From Rhina ancylostomus (taxonomy: Eukaryota), in assembly GCA_030265395.1 (NCBI GenBank), contig JARFYF010000017.1, positions 35,956,061 through 36,019,711 on the forward strand: a stretch of 63,651 nt of DNA. Direction: 5' to 3'. The translations under genes and the position numbers were made by a program. The notes under the pieces were generated by a model that did no database searches, was not told where the DNA came from, and saw nothing but the letters and a program-made list of their open reading frames with translations. This document shows positions 1 to 14,469 of the stretch, one piece after another (the first letter of the stretch is position 1; the number at the start of each line of letters is the position of its first letter).

Positions 1-1689
1 AAAAGGTTTGTACAAATCTGTACATGAAACCTGCATTTTATGTAAATGTTCTACCAAAAGGAATCACTTATCTATGTTTGAAATGGTGCAGGATGTCATA
101 TCTTTCAAGTTAAGCTCTTAAAGGTAATGTTACTGGTATCAGTTAACTTGTACCATTTTTTTTTACAGTGTTTTTGCTCTGGGCTTCTCTTTATCTTGTA
201 ACATGTAACATTGACCATTGACATCACATTGATCATTGTTAATCTGATCAAAGCTTCAGGCTAATTAGGCATGAAAATCCAAACCCTCTGTTTGCATGGG
301 CCATCATAAAGAATCTCTTGCTTATTTGCTCATTTTTAAAAGTCTTAAGTGAAGTATTAGTTGTAAGAAACTGACAACTGTGGATCAACAAAACTGGGAA
401 ATGGCTCTGCATAGTTTTAAAATAGCCTCTCAGTAATTTTAAAATTGGGCTGCTCATATTCCTTTGGTGATATCCCCATTTTCATCTGTATTTAATGTTA
501 CTTCATCAGTTTACCATGTTTAATTAAATATGTTATGCGTTTTTTATTAAAAATCTTTTATTGGAGAGAAACAGTTAACATTTCTCAGATGATAGTTAAA
601 TACAGAATCTTTCTGATCTGCATGGGTCAGTTGTACACTCAGCCAAGAGGTTGGATGCTGTACAGTAACTTAATCTACTGCACTAAACAGAGAAAGCAAA
701 GTTTGTGCACAACTTCAGAGCACCTGTAAAAATATAAAGAATTAATTTAGTTGTGTATGAAATATTGCTTGGGTCCTAATTATTAAACTGCACTTGCATA
801 ATTCACAAAATTTCTTATTTGCAGATGCCACTCATTTCTGTAGGGGTTGATACTGCTGTTAAACATAGCCCAGCACAGATGAGTTAAACTGGCACAGTCC
901 TGGATCAGTCTGTGTTAAATGTTTTCCTTTCTGGTCATGTGCTTCCTCCTTCAATTTTAGTACATTCTATAGCCATATAGGTAAAGTTATAGACGTCAAC
1001 AATGTCAACTAACAGTCAAATTTTGGTCTTTTGACAAATAATGGTGTCACGTTACTGAAAGTGTAATGCATTGTTGCACACTCAAAGAATGTGTATGCAA
1101 GGGACAGGCAGAAATGCAGCCTTATTTATTGAAATGTTTTGCTCTATCCTAAATGTAGCAGAGCTACCTTGTATGGGCAAGGCCATGCTACTTTCAAGGT
1201 AAACTTCCAGAAACATTTTATTGTTGTCTCTGTTCCATCTGTTCTAGAGGCACAGACCAGTATGTCACACATCTTCAAGATTCTAATATACACCAGCAGG
1301 TGTGTTTATGACTTAATTTGTCCATAGTGCACATTAGAACAAGGCTTTGTACTGAAGCCAACTGGCATGTGTTATTCAACAAAAAAGAATTTGTGTTTGT
1401 CATTTATTCTGTCGATTAATGTTTTGACATAAACCAAGCTGAAAGAATGTTTTATGTCAACAAATTAATAAAACTTCTAAAGTGCCAAAGAAAGTTGAAT
1501 ATTTTCTAACAAGTACACCAATCAAGGATTGTATTGAAAAATCTATTAATATTCTTACGGCCCAATGACATAGAAGGAGGCAGTTTCAGCCTCTCAAGTC
1601 GATGCCAACTCACAGAACAATCCCATTCAACCACTAGGATTCCCTGTAACCAATTTTCACTACACTCCCAAAAACCCTGCCCTGACTCT

Positions 1690-1885
1690 GTAACCCAATA
1701 CACAAGGGGCAATTCGCCATGGTCAGTTAGCATGTCAACGCTCGTGTCTTTGGGATGTGGGAGAAAACCACATGCATTCACAAGACGAACATGCACACTC
1801 CACACTGACAGCACACACAGTCAGATTTGAACCTGGGTCGCCAGAACTGTGAAGCAGCAGCTCTACTAACTCCACCACTGTACTA
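1690..1885 (-). mobile_element. Decayed V-domain tRNA-derived SINE
   Basis: Reverse complement contains a B-box-like CCAGGTTCAAATC and the TTCTCCCACATCCCAAAGAC core; ends approximate. Confidence 0.75.
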
Positions 1886-2140
1886 CCTGAAAATATCTCT
1901 TGAAAATGCTAATTTCAATAGTATTGCCAATAATCCCAGTGTTTGCTTACATTGCTAAATGTGTTAACTGTATCCTTAAGTATATTCAAAATGATATTTG
2001 TATTCAAAGATTCAGAACTGTACAGAGTTTAACTTAAAAATATCAGCATCCACTGTATGGGTTCTGCATGTTTATAGATTAATTTTTTAATCTGTGTGGT
2101 TCTTGCATTCACTATATAACCGTGTTTGATATTAACATAG

Positions 2141-2305
2141 AAAATCTATGGAGCAACTACATGAGCAAAGGGGAGGTGCTGGAAAAGCGATCTTTGCCAT
2201 CTGTTGAAGCTGCTGGATCAAGGAAAAATCTGGCTGTGTATGTTTTTGCAGACATCACTACTACCTTTACCATGTTAGTTGGGATCTTCTTTCCTTCAGT
2301 GACTG
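2141..2305 (+). CDS. SLC12A4: KCC1 exon (ENLWSNY...[11 protein letters not shown])
   Basis: AG at 2139-2140; GTAAGT at 2306; GIFFPSVTG cation-chloride cotransporter motif. Confidence 0.93.
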
Positions 2306-2724
2306 GTAAGTACAGTTGAATTACTGCAAAGGATTTGTAATTAACTTAAGAACTTGTATGGTAAATTAGTAAACCACATTTTTTTAATGACATTTCCTGT
2401 CCTAACTTCATGTAAATGTTTCCACTGCTACCTATAATGTTCTGTGGGGAAGGAGGTTGGTGGATTTCTAGAGAGTGGCTTCATTTTTATATGTCCATAT
2501 CCTAGAGGTTTTCAGAACAATCCTGAAGGCTCCTTCAAAACTTTGCACCATCCTGTTGCATTTCTTCAAGGAGACTTTGAGCAAATCCTTGAACCTTTTC
2601 CCATCTGCCTAGTGNNNNNNNNNNNNNNNNNNNNNNNNNNNNNNNNNNNNNNNNNNNNNNNNNNNNNNNNNNNNNNNNNNNNNNNNNNNNNNNNNNNNNN
2701 NNNNNNNNNNNNNNNNNNNNNNGA

Positions 2725-4090
2725 TAATGCAAAGACTAATAGACCAGACAACATCCCAGGTGTAGTACTGAACTTCTTCCCTTCAGAACTAGCTTCCCTT
2801 CTACCAAGCTCTTCCTCTTCAGTTATAAGACTGGAAAATTGTGCAGGTATGTCCTGTTCACAATAAGCAGGGAAAACCCAATCCAGCTATTCATTGCCCA
2901 GTCAGTCGACTTTCAACCCTAAGCAAAGTGGTGGAAGGTGCTGCTGACAAAAGACCCTCACTCTTCAATAACCTGTTCATTGGTGGCCAGCTTGGGTTTA
3001 ACCAGGACCATTGCACTCATCACAACCTTGGTCCAGATATGATGCAAAGAGCTGCCAGAGGTGAAAGAGAGTGATGGCCCTTAACCTCGTGCAGCATTTG
3101 ACACAGTGTGGCATTAAGGAGTCTTGTAAAGGTGAAGTCGATGGGAGTCAGGAATTGAAGTTATACTTTGTTGTTGTCGGAGGTCAATTGTCGTAATTGC
3201 AGGAGTTCTTTGGGGCAGTCTGGCAGTACCAACCTTCTTTAGCTGCTTTAACAATAACCTTCTTCCCATCATAAGGCCAGATGTAGGGATGTTCACTGTT
3301 CTCAGTGTTCAGTTCCATTCACAATGATTCAGCCCATGCCTGAATGCAGAAAAATCTGGACAACATACAGGCATGGGGTTGATATCTGGCAAGTTGTATC
3401 CATGCCATAGGAATGATCATCTGCAATAAGAGAGTCTAACCTCCTACCCTTCGCATTCAATGGCAATGGCATTGCCATTGCCAAGTCTCCCACCATCAAT
3501 GTCCTGTGGGTCACCACTGAACAGAAACTCGACTGGACCAGTCAGTGCCCACTAGCAGGCCAGAGACGAGGTATCCTGACCACCTCATACCCAATGGCCT
3601 TACCGCTGTATGATGGAATACTCAAATCTGCACTTGCCTGGATGAGCGCAATGCCAACAACTTGAGGAGCTTAACACTATCCTGGATAAAACAGCCCATT
3701 TGATTGGCAGCCTATCAACACTAAACATTCTCTTGGCCATGAGTGCACGGTGTCTACTGTGTGTACCATCTCGAAATGCACGACATTTACTCACCCAGGC
3801 TTCTCCACCAACATGTCCCAAACTCTCATCTTCTAACCTCAAGAGTGACACGTTGCATAGGAAAACCTACACCTGCAGGCCCTCTTCCAAGCTGCACACC
3901 ATCCTAACTTGGAAATGTGTCATGTGTCATTGATTCTGGTCCAAAACCAAGAACTCCCTGCCCAACGGCACTGTGAAAGTACCTTCACTAGAAGGTCTGC
4001 AGCTGTTGAAGACAGCACACACAGCACCTTCTTGCAAGCAATTAGAGATGGGTAATAAATGCTGCACTTACCTGTGATGTCCTAATCCTG
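2725..4090 (+). mobile_element. Decayed non-LTR retrotransposon (CR1/L2-group) RT region and 3' end
   Basis: Frameshifted peptides PDNIP, QVCPVHNKQGKPNPA, LSKVVEG, QLGF, AAFDTVWH. Confidence 0.8.
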
Positions 4091-4669
4091 CAAATGTAGT
4101 TATACTGTGCTAACTACAAGATCTTGAGGTAGATCAGGCCATTCGTGTGTATTGAACCTGACGTAGCATATCTTTGCACTTGGGAAACCCATCACCACTG
4201 CTCTAGAAACCTCACATTGGAAGATTACAATCTTAGCAGGACATTTGTAAACAGTATTAGCATTGTACAGGATACTATTTTAGTATTTTTTTCAAAAAAA
4301 ATGGGAAAGGAATTTCTAGGCTACTACATCCCTGATGTGTATCTACAGAGTGATTTTTATTTTTCTCTCAGTATATTTTCCTTCCTTTCACCATTTTTGC
4401 ATTTAGTTTTGGTCTCTCCTCAATTTGTGCACTGGAATTTTATGGTTAATGACTCAGTATTCCTGCTAATCCACTAGTCTGTCACATCATAGTCTGCGTA
4501 GTTTTCATAATGCCACAGAACTGTAACTTCTGTGACAAACTTCTGAATTTTTTTGGGAGCTAACTCTTAATAATGTGCTAAACATTCATTAGGCAAAATT
4601 TTTAAATATGGCATGTTTTTGCTACTGATGTCAAACACGGGTGCAGACAGGTACATGGGGAGAAAATTC

Positions 4670-5120
4670 AAAGTACAGAAGTACAACGGGACTTGGGGGT
4701 ACTCATACAGGATACCCTAAAGGTTAGCCACCAGGTCAGATCGGTGGTAAGGAAAGCGAATGCTATGTTGGCATTCATCTCGAGAGGTTTAAAAGTAAGG
4801 AAGTATTGATGACGCTCTATGGGGCATTGGTGAGGCCTCATTTGGAGTATTGTGTGCAGTTCTGGGCCCCTTTTCTTAGGAAGGATGTGCTGCTGATGGA
4901 GAGTNNNNNNNNNNNNNNNNNNNNNNNNNNNNNNNNNNNNNNNNNNNNNNNNNNNNNNNNNNNNNNNNNNNNNNNNNNNNNNNNNNNNNNNNNNNNNNNN
5001 NNNNATTTTTTCTTGACTCCCCCACCCCCCACTTCTCCTTTCTCATTTCTTTTTTCTTTTTCCCCTTTTCCTTGGAGCAGATTCAATGGGCCGAATGGCC
5101 TACTTCTGCTCCCTTATCTT
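4670..5120 (+). mobile_element. CR1 LINE 3' fragment spanning a gap
   Basis: [19 protein letters not shown]; tail ATGGGCCGAATGGCCT after the gap. Confidence 0.8.
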
Positions 5121-7213
5121 GTGTGCGAAGTTGTTCAGCGAACCTTTGCTATACTTAGAGCATCAAAACACTGTTTTTATGCAAATAAAAAGGTGCATTT
5201 AGTATGTTATGAGACTGTAGTATTTAAATAATACTGTTGAAGATTTTTCATAATTATCAACTATCACATTGTTCTTTTATATTTAACATTTTCCAATGGA
5301 TAAATGTAGGTGTTATGTTCCATTTTGAACCAGGTTTGAACTGATCTTCTGATTAGGATTTCTAAACACTTCGCTGATGAACTTGTGAAATATGTTATTA
5401 GTGCAAGTACAATAGTAAATAAAACAATACCTGTTGTATATATTTTCACAACCTAATTTGTTTCTGTTACAAATGTTAATGCTCACTGAAAAAACACAAA
5501 GGATGTTTTACATGTAACTGCTGAATTGTAAACGGGTCAACCGTGTATTTCTATTGATTAATTTAATGAGAGTTGCATATTCTTGTGTTGTATATCTCGT
5601 ATCCCAAATGCATTATAGCAGTACATTCAAAGGCATAAAGAACAAAGTGTTGAAATCATTGAAATCTAAGAAATCTATATCAACTAAGAATGGAACTATC
5701 AAAATCAAAACAAACTGTTGCAAGTCTGAAATAAAAGCAGTAAAATATTGGAAACGCTCAGCAGGGGAGGCAGCATCTGTCAAAAGAAAAGGAGTGAATA
5801 TTTTGCATTAAAGATCCCAAGTCAAGACTGAGAAAGGGAGAAAACAAGTTTAAAGTTGCAGAGAGGTTGAGAGATGCATGGGATGAAAGGAATATCTCAA
5901 GCCTGAGTTGCCATGGGATAAACTGTTCATAAAGTATATTTATGCTTTTACCGATAACAAATGTGGTGAAGGTTTTTGCCTTTACCATTTTTCATGCAGT
6001 GAGTTCCAAACCATCTCAACTCTGTGAAAAATGCTTCCTCAATTCCACTCTAATCCTTCCACCAATTAACATTAATTCTGTTTCTCAAAGCTATTGACTT
6101 TTTTGCCAAGAAAGGTAGGTCCTTTTGTTCACCCCAATTTTTGTTCAACCCATAAGCTGTCTGGCTAGTGCCTTCCTATTCTTTGAATAGACATTGCATT
6201 CTTAAATATTCCCCTGTTTGCTGAGCAAATCTCTTCCAAGCCCCAGAACTGGGACATCTAATCTCCTTGTCATCTTCCTATTGGATACAACTTTCCTGAC
6301 TCCACCTTTCCTGGGTACTATGTTTTGCGATCAACAACTGAAAGAATTTGTTCAATGGTATGTCGCACTCTGGGGAACTCCGGTATCATCCATCTCATCC
6401 TAGCAGTTACCTTTGCCCTTCCTGCAGGTGATGAAGTAATCTTCTCTGGAAGTGTGCTATTCATTTGGCACTTAGCCTCTCAGATGCAATGATGCCACAT
6501 GCTGATTTCAGGTCTTCTGGTTGACAACACTCCCTGCTAGTGTGGTTGTCCAAAATGTATACAGCATCCTGAATTTCCCACAAGGTTCAGGAAGTGCATT
6601 CAGAGGAACTAAAGTGACTTGCCCTGCCTATTTATTCAACACTGTCAGCTTTATTTAATTTACTTTATTTAATTAAATTAATATTCAATTTAACACTATT
6701 AGCATTTACTTCTAATATTCAACAACACCTCTTTCACCTTCTTCACCAAATCCCATCCCAATTCACAACTATATTCCATGTGCTCCAGTTGTTTCCCACA
6801 TCCTGGACGTGCTGGTAAGTTACTTCACCATGGTAAATTACCCCTTGAAACTGGACTTGTACAACTACTTGAAGCAAGAACTTGCATCGCTGAAAAGTAA
6901 TAGTTCAGGCAGCAGCATTAGAAAAGCTTGTTGATTTTTCAAGTAACAAGTCCCTGATGAAATACTGATATTTTATCAATGTTAGGTTCAGTGCAAGTGA
7001 CTCTGCAATACATAATGGGAAATTATTTCCTTTTCACTGCAAATGAAAGCTGTTCCTGAGATGTGGAATATTTTAATTTGATGTGTGATATGAATAGAAT
7101 TGTATATTTCTTCTTTACCTAACAGAATTTTTTTTAAATATGCTGAATCCTCACTGAAAAGCCATACCTGCAGATTTACTTGCAATTTCTAATCTTTTCT
7201 GCTATATTCAACT

Positions 7214-8580
7214 TAGAGTCATACAGCACAGAAAAAGGCCCTTCAGCCCTACCCGTCCATGCAGACCAACATGTCTATCTGAGCTAGTCCCACTTGCCTG
7301 TGTTTAGCCCATACCCCTCTAGGCTTTTCCTATCCATGTATCTGTCCAAATATCTTTTAATCATTGTAATTGCACCCACCTCTATGGCTTCCTCTGGCAT
7401 ATACCCACCATGCTCTGTGTGGAAAAAGTTGCCCCTTAGGTGTCTTTTAAATCTTTCCCCTTTCGATTTAAATCTATGCCCTCCCCTACCCTGGGGAATA
7501 GACTGTGACCATCCACCTTATCTACTCCCCTCATGATTTTATGAACCCCTACAGGGTCACCCCTCAGCCTCCTATGCTCCAGGGGGGGAAAAAAATCCCA
7601 GCCTATAGCCCCTCTCCATACAACTCAAGCCCTCCAGTCCCAGGAACATCCTGGTGAATCTTCTCTACACCTTTTCCAGCTTAATGTCATCAATGACCTG
7701 TACAGTTGTAACATCACATCCCTTTTCCTGTACACAAATATCTTCATCACCAGCCTGTCTACATGTGTCACCACTTTCAGGGAACTCTGTACCTGTGCCC
7801 CTAGATCCCTCTGTTCTACAGCACTCTCCAGGCCCCTGCCATTTACTATGCAAGCCCTGCCCTGGTTCAACTGACCAAAATGCATCTCTTTGTACTTGTG
7901 CAAGTAAATTACATTTCCCATTCCTTGGCCCACTTCCCCAGCCAATCTAGATCCTGTTGTAATCCTAGACAACTTTCTTCACTGTCGTCTGCACCACCAA
8001 TTTTAATGTCATCCACAAACATACTAACCATGCCACCTGCATTCTCATCTGAATCATTAATATCTCTGACAAACAGTTCTGGACCCAGCACTGATCCCTG
8101 CAGCACACCACTGGTCACAGGCCTCCAATCTGAATAAAACCCCTCCACTCCCACCCTCCTGACACCTTCCACTGAGCCAATTTTCTGTCCAATTGGCTAG
8201 TTCACCTGGGATCCTCTGTGATCTAACCTTCTGGACCAGCCTACCATGCGGGACTTTGGCAAAGACATTGCTCGGGACTTTGGCAAAGACATTGCTAAAG
8301 TGCATGTAAACAACATCTACCACCCTGCCCTTGTCAATTGTCACTCCTCTTGGTCACTTCTCCAAAAAAACTCGAGAGACCCAATTTTCCATGCACAAAG
8401 CCATGCTGACTGTCCCTTGCCTTTCCAAATGCTGGTAAATCTTCTTCCTCAGAATCCCCTCCAGTAACTTTCCCAGCACTTATTTTAGGCTCACTTGTCT
8501 GTAGTTCCCTGGCATGTCGTTGCAGCCCTTCTTAAAGCACAACATTAGCCACCCTCCAATCTTCTGGTACCTGTGGCTAA
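7214..8580 (-). mobile_element. CR1 LINE, 5'-truncated, with internal deletions
   Basis: VTSGVLQGSVLGPELF, FVDDIKIGG, EQRDLG, VDVVYMHFS. Confidence 0.9.
8249..8296. repeat. Perfect 24-bp tandem duplication inside CR1
   Basis: CGGGACTTTGGCAAAGACATTGCT twice. Confidence 0.95.
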
Positions 8581-8873
8581 AAGTGATGCAAATATCTGCC
8601 AGTTTCTTCCCCAGCTGCCTAATCTGCNNNNNNNNNNNNNNNNNNNNNNNNNNNNNNNNNNNNNNNNNNNNNNNNNNNNNNNNNNNNNNNNNNNNNNNNN
8701 NNNNNNNNNNNNNNNNNNNNNNNNNNNAACCACATTTCCAATGCTCCCCTTCCTCAACTTCCTACTCATTTTTGTTTATTATATTCTCTAAAGTACAAGT
8801 GATATTTAAAATGAAACCAGAATTTAGATCTATTTTTCCATGATAATATCCATTTTCTGCTTCTATCTGTTAG

Positions 8874-8972
8874 GTATCATGGCTGGTTCCAATAGATCGG
8901 GAGATCTGAAGGATGCACAGAAGTCTATTCCTGTTGGCACAATCTTGGCTATTGCTACAACTTCATTGATTT
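8874..8972 (+). CDS. SLC12A4: KCC1 exon ([33 protein letters not shown])
   Basis: AG at 8872-8873; followed by U12-type donor GTATCCTTT. Confidence 0.95.
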
Positions 8973-10298
8973 GTATCCTTTTAATTTAATTGAAAATACT
9001 GCAGTACATTTTGCAAATTATCACCAAGTTTAAAATCTGGGTAGGTGTTTTGAGTAGTTCCAGTAATCCCATGCTGTCTGAGGCAGTTTGTTTGCCTTTC
9101 TCAGTTTTTTTTTGTTAATTATCACTCAGATGATTTATTGACAAGTCAGGCGGAGAATGAAAGATCCAGGCTTGCTTTTTTTTAATTTAATTGTCCATCC
9201 CAATAATAAATACTATTTCCACATGTAATTGTTCATTTTTTTCCCCTTTTGAATTTTTACTGTGGCTCAGTTGGTACCACTCTTTCCTTTTAGGTCAGCT
9301 GCTTTGTTTAAGTAGATTCTAAAGACTTAAATGTATTATCTAGGCTGACACATCAGTTCAGTTCTGAGGGAATTATGCACTTGTCAGGTGGCTTTATTTC
9401 AAAGAACAGCAATGGATCTGCCTGATTTTTGGTTCGAATTTGATCTTTAAAATGAAAATGTTATCTGGCCATTTTCACACTGCTCATTGTGGGATTGTTC
9501 TCTGAGGAAATTGGGTGTTGTATCTCCAACNNNNNNNNNNNNNNNNNNNNNNNNNNNNNNNNNNNNNNNNNNNNNNNNNNNGGAGTGTTTTGGCATCTAT
9601 GGATATTGCAATAGGTACCATATAAATCCAATCCTTTCTTTGTCTGCTGTAGTTGTGTAATCTGCGTGTCGTTCTTTCTAAGTTTATGTTGTCGTTCTTT
9701 GGTTTAGAGTTTGGATTTCAAAATACCATTGGGATTCAATTCAGCTGTTTTCTTAACAAACTTAAGGGATATTTTCACCCCTGGCTTGGAAACTGTAAAC
9801 AATTCCTGCAGCTTTTGTCATTCACTATAGTTTAAGATGCCTTGTAATAGATGATAGTTTGGTAGAATTTTCTGTTTTTGAGAAATGGGTATTCTAAACA
9901 TGTATTAAAAAAGGTAGTGATGGAAGAAGTCTGCCTGGGCTCCTGTCTGCCCAGTTTAGGCCTGGTCTCCAGAAATTCCTAATACCTAATGAGCCAGTTC
10001 AGTTTTTAATAAGATTTTTAGCTAATTCTGCAAAACACCAAAACAGGTCTCATACCATTCCCTGCTAGTTTTCTCGGTTGAAAGTGGAAGAACACTTGTA
10101 CAAAACAGCAACACTCAATTAATTGGAGAGGATGTACAATACTTTAAACTTTATGGATTTCTTGCTGTTAAGGTTTGGCAAAATGGCTTTTAATATTTCA
10201 AATCTTGATGTTTGCATGTAAAAACTTATGTTGTTAATTAGTACTTTTTCACCAATATATAGATTTTAATCAATTAACTTTTCTTGATTGAAAATCAG
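8973..10298 (+). other. U12-type GT-AG intron
   Basis: 5' site GTATCCTTTT; branch-like TTTTCTTGAT at about 10279-10288 close to the AG; no polypyrimidine tract (GAAAATCAG). Confidence 0.88.
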
Positions 10299-10356
10299 AC
10301 TTGAGTAGTGTGGTATTATTTGGAGCCTGTGTTGAAGACGTTGTGCTTCGTGATAA
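10299..10356 (+). CDS. SLC12A4: KCC1 exon (YLSSVVLFGACVEDVVLRDK)
   Basis: AG at 10297-10298; GTAAGT at 10357; phases match the neighbouring exons. Confidence 0.92.
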
Positions 10357-12817
10357 GTAAGTTCCATCATTTTGAAATGTATGAAAATTGGAATTCTGCA
10401 AAACATCTGTTGAAAATATGTTTGATTTGTGCATTTTTTAAAAATTTATTGGTTACCAATAAAATTATTTGTGCTTAATCACTAATCCTTTTTTAAAGTA
10501 TAAGTATTGAAAGCTTTCATAGCTTTAAAAATAATATTGTCAATGAAAGCCAAATTGTAATTTAGTTTCTCTCTGTGTGTAGGAAATGTGTGCATTTTGT
10601 ACATTTTCCTTGTTAGTCAGGCCCCCGCATAATTTGATCCTTCCCAAGCTACAAGTATTTACTAGTTTGTAGGTTGTTTAATCTGATGGATATAGCATTA
10701 CACATAAATATTCTGTAAAATTCAGATCCCTGGACCCAACCTTGCTCACCAATAATCTGCCCAAAGATGCTGAGTTGGAGTTCACCAGCTCCACTTGCTC
10801 CACTTGTCATCACTGTCTGTGCTGAGAGATTTGCACAAGGTGAGAGCATTTGTGACATTAAGGAGCCCTAATGGAACTGAATCCCTTGAGAATTGAGGGA
10901 TGTCTGTCACCTGGCACAAAGAAAGGTGGTTGTGAAGGCTAATCATCTCCACCCAAATCAGCAGCACCGATGTCCCTTCAGGCAATATCCTACGTCCAAC
11001 CATTCCAGCTGTTTTGTTGGTGGTCTTTGGGACAGAAGTTTGGATTTACATTACAGCAAGTTCAATTCCCTTTCCAACCACCCAAATTACAGATTAGCCC
11101 CTGCCTGCCTCAAGTTAGGATGCAGCATACAGGCTCAGGAAGATAAATAGTAAGTAACATTTGTGCCCTGCATATGATGATCTCCAATAATAATTCTATG
11201 TCCTTAGTCTAATATCATCATATTTTATATGACCAATGCACTTCATATAGTTTTTGATCCCATTAATGATCTCTGTAAAAGCATCAATGGCAGGTTTCCC
11301 TCTGCATCTGTGCTACTGCCCATGTTACAGATTTAACAACTACTGTAGGTAATGCAATTGATGTACTAACAAACTATTTAATCATTAGGAAGCCTCTGTG
11401 ATGTCTGCTTTTTTCACCTCTCCCCTTTCAAAGATATTGAGAGAGCTTTTATTTCTGGGCACAATGTTACAAGACCACTGCTTAAAATTACAGTTACCAA
11501 GAGATCCAGGTCATCAAACAGTTGCTGTTTTTGCTCTCCATTCATAATATGTGGCCTTAAGTGGGGCTTATGATACTTGTTAACAGAGACCATCAGACCT
11601 CCCTATCTATTTTACTAATCAACTAGACCATGGGTGATCCATACTTCATTTACCTCTCTTTTTAACCCATACCCAATGATGCCTTTGGCTATCAAAAAAT
11701 CTATCAATTTTGGTTTTGAAATTTTTAATTTATGAGCATTCACAAATTGTTAGGGCATTAAAATTCCATATTCTCATAACCAGTTTTAGGGAAAAAAAAA
11801 TTCCTCCTGATCTGTATCCTGACTTGACCTAACTACAATTTTGAAATGAAACAGAGGAAGCAATTGCTTTGTATCCATTCTATCTGATCATTATTATTTT
11901 AAAGTACATATTTAAAACACACCTCAGCCTCCTAATCTCAATTTCTCATTGAAAGTCACTTGGATGCATTTAAAGAGACCAAAAATATTTGACGTTAAAA
12001 TTAGATGACTTCAAGATTTAAGAATACTTTTTGATCTTACAAATCAGGGCAATATATTTTTAAATTAATACAGCAATAATACTTGAAGTTTTAAATATTA
12101 AACTATTGCCTACAATTTGTTGACTAGGTTATAGAGCCTGATGATGTGCAAGTGTTGCACAACTTTCAGCAAGATTGTGGTTTAGTTGCAGAAATTCAAC
12201 ATTTGTGGCCAAATTATCTGCTGTCTTCCCTTGCCATTGAAGTGCATCAAATGAATTAAATTATAAGCATTGTATAAGATTGGTGTACTTGCGATAGATG
12301 TAATCTAAACTCGCCATGTAAGTTGTCTGGTTTGGCTGTATGAAGCCTGTTTTGGACTCTTATAGTCTTCATATATTGATGTAAAGTTGGATTAGCTGTC
12401 AGATTCTTTTAATAATTTATCGAGAGTTAATTGCTGCCAAGGAACTCATTGAAAATTAACGGTTACGTGTGTGGGATCTTATCATTCAGGTGTTAATTAT
12501 TGGAAACATAAAGAAAATAAGATTTTTTTAAAGTTTCTTTTTTCCAATCTCCCTTCCATCTCTTCCCCCACCCTCACTGAGTTCATTATCAAATTAAGAC
12601 TTCAGTCCTGAAACTGTTTGTTTCACATTACTTTAGTCTGTTTGGCTAAAGAGCTACACGGTTGCTTTTTCTATTTATTCATGTTCTCAGAAGCCATACC
12701 TCCCCTTAATGAGCTCTTTTCAAAATACATTTTCACCAATTTACAATGAAATACAACATTGAAAAGAAAAATGCAAGGCAAATCTAGCTTTTCCAACACA
12801 GTGATATGACCGACTAG

Positions 12818-13180
<363 letters not shown>

Positions 13181-14469
13181 TGATTAAACTCCTTCCCTTC
13201 TGCAGCTTTCCATACTTATTCTATGGAAGGTGATCCCGCTGATTAGTATACCTGTTCTTTGTGCTTAGTTCTTAATGGAAAACTTTCAAATATACCTTTT
13301 TTCTTTCATATTTGAATCATTATTGCTAATCTGTTTTTCTGCTGCCTCTTCCTGTATTCGTGCTGACTCATTTGTACTCTATCCCAAGTATATTTCAAAT
13401 AATTAAATGAACCTATGCAATAAAAGGTAGAATTTTTTGAAATCATAAAGTTAACCTTTGACATGCTGAATAAAATTAATGAGGAAGGATAGCTGATTTC
13501 GCTTTCCACTTTATTGACTGCATGGCCCCTACCCACATAATCAACCAAATTGATGCAGTGATTGGTTAATTAGCTACCTTCACAAATAACAAATGTATAT
13601 AAAACGTAGCGTTGCAGAATGCTTCAGTTCTCATCTGCTTTATAAATTGCTGAAGGTCCATTTTATTTTTTTAGTTGCTCCAGTACCTTACAACATTGCC
13701 AGAGTCGTCATCCTCAATACCTCAGAGTAATACATCAGCAGGATAGAGACCAAAAGAAGTTGCAGTACACGGGCATATTGTTAGTTTGGAGTAATCCTGG
13801 AAGTCTTCAACATTGACTCCAGACCCCATGAGGTCTCATGCCATTGAGCCAAACACAGACAGGGAAACTTGCCCTGGTTTACCATCTACTGCTGTTCCAT
13901 TATTGAACAATGTCTAGAAGAAGCAATGAAAATAGCAAGGTCATAGAAGGTAGTCTGGTNNNNNNNNNNNNNNNNNNNNNNNNNNNNNNNNNNNNNNNNN
14001 NNNNNNNNNNNNNNNNNNNNNNNNNNNNNNNNNNNNNNNNNNNNNNNNNNNNNNNNNNNNNNNNNNNNNNNNNNNNNNNNNNNNNNNNNGTCTTGTTGCT
14101 AATGATGCCAAACAAAATTTTTTTTGTGAAAGCTTTAAGTCCAAGTTTGCCTTCTCACTGCCATTTAGTTTCTTTCTTGTATGTCAACATTTTACCATTG
14201 AAAGAATAAAGCATAAAAAAGAAACTTTTTAAGAATAATCGTATATGATCCAAGTTAATCATCAAGAGAGTCTGTAATGTTTCATAGCTGCATTAGAGAT
14301 AGACAATCCCTTTTATTTTGTGTTATTCACATGGCTCAACTCGTGTCAGTTCACTTTCTTCTGATTTCACAATTCCTTTGTCGAACTGATGAAATGAATC
14401 AGAAATATTAATGCAACTTTATGCTTATTCTTTGGAATTATAAGATTGACAGTAGTTTTAACATTGCAG

